DNA of 20,000 nucleotides, taken from Chiloscyllium plagiosum (lineage: Eukaryota). This document shows positions 18,530 through 20,000 of the stretch, piece after piece. The stretch covers positions 26,190,227 through 26,210,226 of the forward strand of contig NC_057719.1 of the NCBI RefSeq assembly GCF_004010195.1. Reading direction: 5' to 3'. The notes beneath the pieces were generated by a model, which was given only the letters and a program-made list of their open reading frames with translations, made no database searches and was not told the origin of the DNA. Within the stretch, counting starts at the first letter, position 1; each line of letters begins with the position of its first letter. The translations under genes and the position numbers were made by a program.

Positions 18530-18630
18530 ATGTCAGAGAAGGGGAAGATGTCACATGATTCACCTCCAGGGACCTGGAGCTCTTGGTTGACAGGTTGATG
18601 AGGATGAGGGTCATCCTCTCCCCAAAGACC
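18530..18630 (+). pseudogene. Myb/SANT-like fragment, probably from a PIF/Harbinger transposon
   Basis: With one frameshift and reading TGA as decayed CGA: MSEKGKMS.(R)FTSRDLELLVDRLMRMRVILSP, which fits the ..RF...EL..L.......R.VLF start of Harbinger Myb-like proteins. Confidence 0.5.
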
Positions 18631-18654
18631 TTCAATGGATATTGCGCCACTACA

Positions 18655-19975
18655 TTCTACCATCCCCTTGCCCTAAACCTATGACCTCTCATTCTAGATT
18701 GTCCCACAAGGGCAAACAGCCTCTCTTTGTTAATTACTGTTAGCATCTTATACACCTCAAACAGATCTCCTCTCATGCTTCTAAACTTTTGTGAATACAG
18801 ACCTGCTCAATCTCTTCACAAAAGATAAGGCTTCATCTCTGGAATAAACCATTTCTGAACTGGTTGTAATGCAATTTATATTCTTCCTCAAGTAAAGGGA
18901 CCTGTAGCACTCCAGGTGCTGTCTCACTATTGCCTTGTACAAGTGCAACTTTTATGCTCTATTTTTTAAGCAATAAGCATTCTTATTTCATTGGCCATCC
19001 TTATTCCCAGCAGCACTGGCGTACTAGCTTTCTGTGACTCATGCGAAAGGATCCTTTTGCACTGAAGCATTTAGACATTTCTCTCCATTTGAATAATAAG
19101 TTGTCTTTTTATACTTCTGACCAAAATGGATATCCTCTCACTCATCCACATTAATCTCCATCTGCCAAATCCTGACCTTTTCACCAAACCGATCCATATC
19201 CATTTGTACATTTCTACTTTATCATTGTAAATGTCCTTCTCACCCATTTTAGTGTCATTTGCAAATTTGGCTATGGTGCACTCAATCCCTGCATCCAAAT
19301 CTTTAATATAGATTGTAAATAGTTCGAGCCTAAGGACTTAAACCTATGACAGTTCAATAGTTACATCTTGCCAAACAGAAAAAGACCCATTTGTGCCAAC
19401 TCTCTGCTTTCTGTTGGTCAGCTAATCTTCTATTTCATCTAATAAATTACCCATAAGCCCTCAGCTAATAAATAATCCTACCTAATGTTTTCTTACCTTG
19501 TGTATTAATCTTTGGTGGGGTGTCTTCTGGAAGTCCATCTATATACATCAATGTGGAGGTCTTGGTTAACATGATGTTGCAGAGTATCGCTTGTTACATC
19601 TTCGAAGAACTCGAGGAAATGCTAATTTGGAGAAATCTAGGAAATGATTTGCTCTTCATAAAACCAAGTAGACACTGATGGATTGTGTTTTAACTTTCCA
19701 AATGTCCCATTACTACTTCCTTCATAATGGATTTTACTAATTTCCCAATGACAGTCATTAAACTGACTGGTCCATAGTTTCCTATCGAAGAACTCGAGGA
19801 AATGCTAATTTGGAGAAATCTAGGAAATGATTTGCTCTTCATAAAACCAAGTAGACACTGATGGATTGTGTTTTAACTTTCCGAATGTCCCATTACTACT
19901 TCCTTCATAATGGATTTTACTAATTTCCCAATGACAGTCATTAAACTGACTGGTCCATAGTTTCCTACACTCTGT
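18655..19975 (-). mobile_element. Old CR1 ORF2 (RT) fragment, heavily decayed
   Basis: Minus-strand remnants NYGPVSLMTVIGKLVKSIMKE (NYRPVSL motif), EFFEDVT, and IYIKDLDAGIECTIAKFANDTK (FADD motif). Confidence 0.88.
19602..19967. repeat. Direct tandem duplication, 2 x 183 bp
   Basis: 19602-19784 and 19785-19967 are identical except A19700 versus G19883. Confidence 0.97.
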
Positions 19976-20000
19976 CTCCCCGCCTGCCCCCTCCCCTGCC

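Noticed and set aside
1..20000. CRISPR arrays, operons or other prokaryotic systems
   Set aside because: No repeat-spacer array or gene-dense organisation; the content is vertebrate-type retroelement DNA.

Overview
Repeat-dense, non-coding eukaryotic DNA. The repeat families (HE1-type tRNA-derived SINEs, HER1/CR1 LINEs, Penelope-like elements, a Tx1/L1 fragment) point to an elasmobranch (shark) genome; this is inference from remembered family patterns, not a database search. No intact host protein-coding gene is supported. The main observation is a three-level nested insertion at about 480-2640. A decayed Ty3/Gypsy gag-protease on the minus strand was interrupted by a 5'-truncated HE1 SINE. 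That SINE was then split by a 598-bp cassette (1371-1968) made of an 8-nt leader, a complete tRNA-Leu(AAG), a 206-nt CpG-rich trailer with no T4 terminator, and a full HE1 SINE with a damaged B box and a (TAATC)n tail. This looks like a retrotransposed Pol III read-through transcript (pre-tRNA plus SINE), meaning either SINE-mediated tRNA gene mobilisation or a nascent composite SINE. The rest of the window holds many CR1 fragments, further SINEs, a Penelope/Tx1 chimera, degenerate hammerhead motifs, a Harbinger-like Myb/SANT relic, two assembly gaps and a 183-bp near-perfect tandem duplication.
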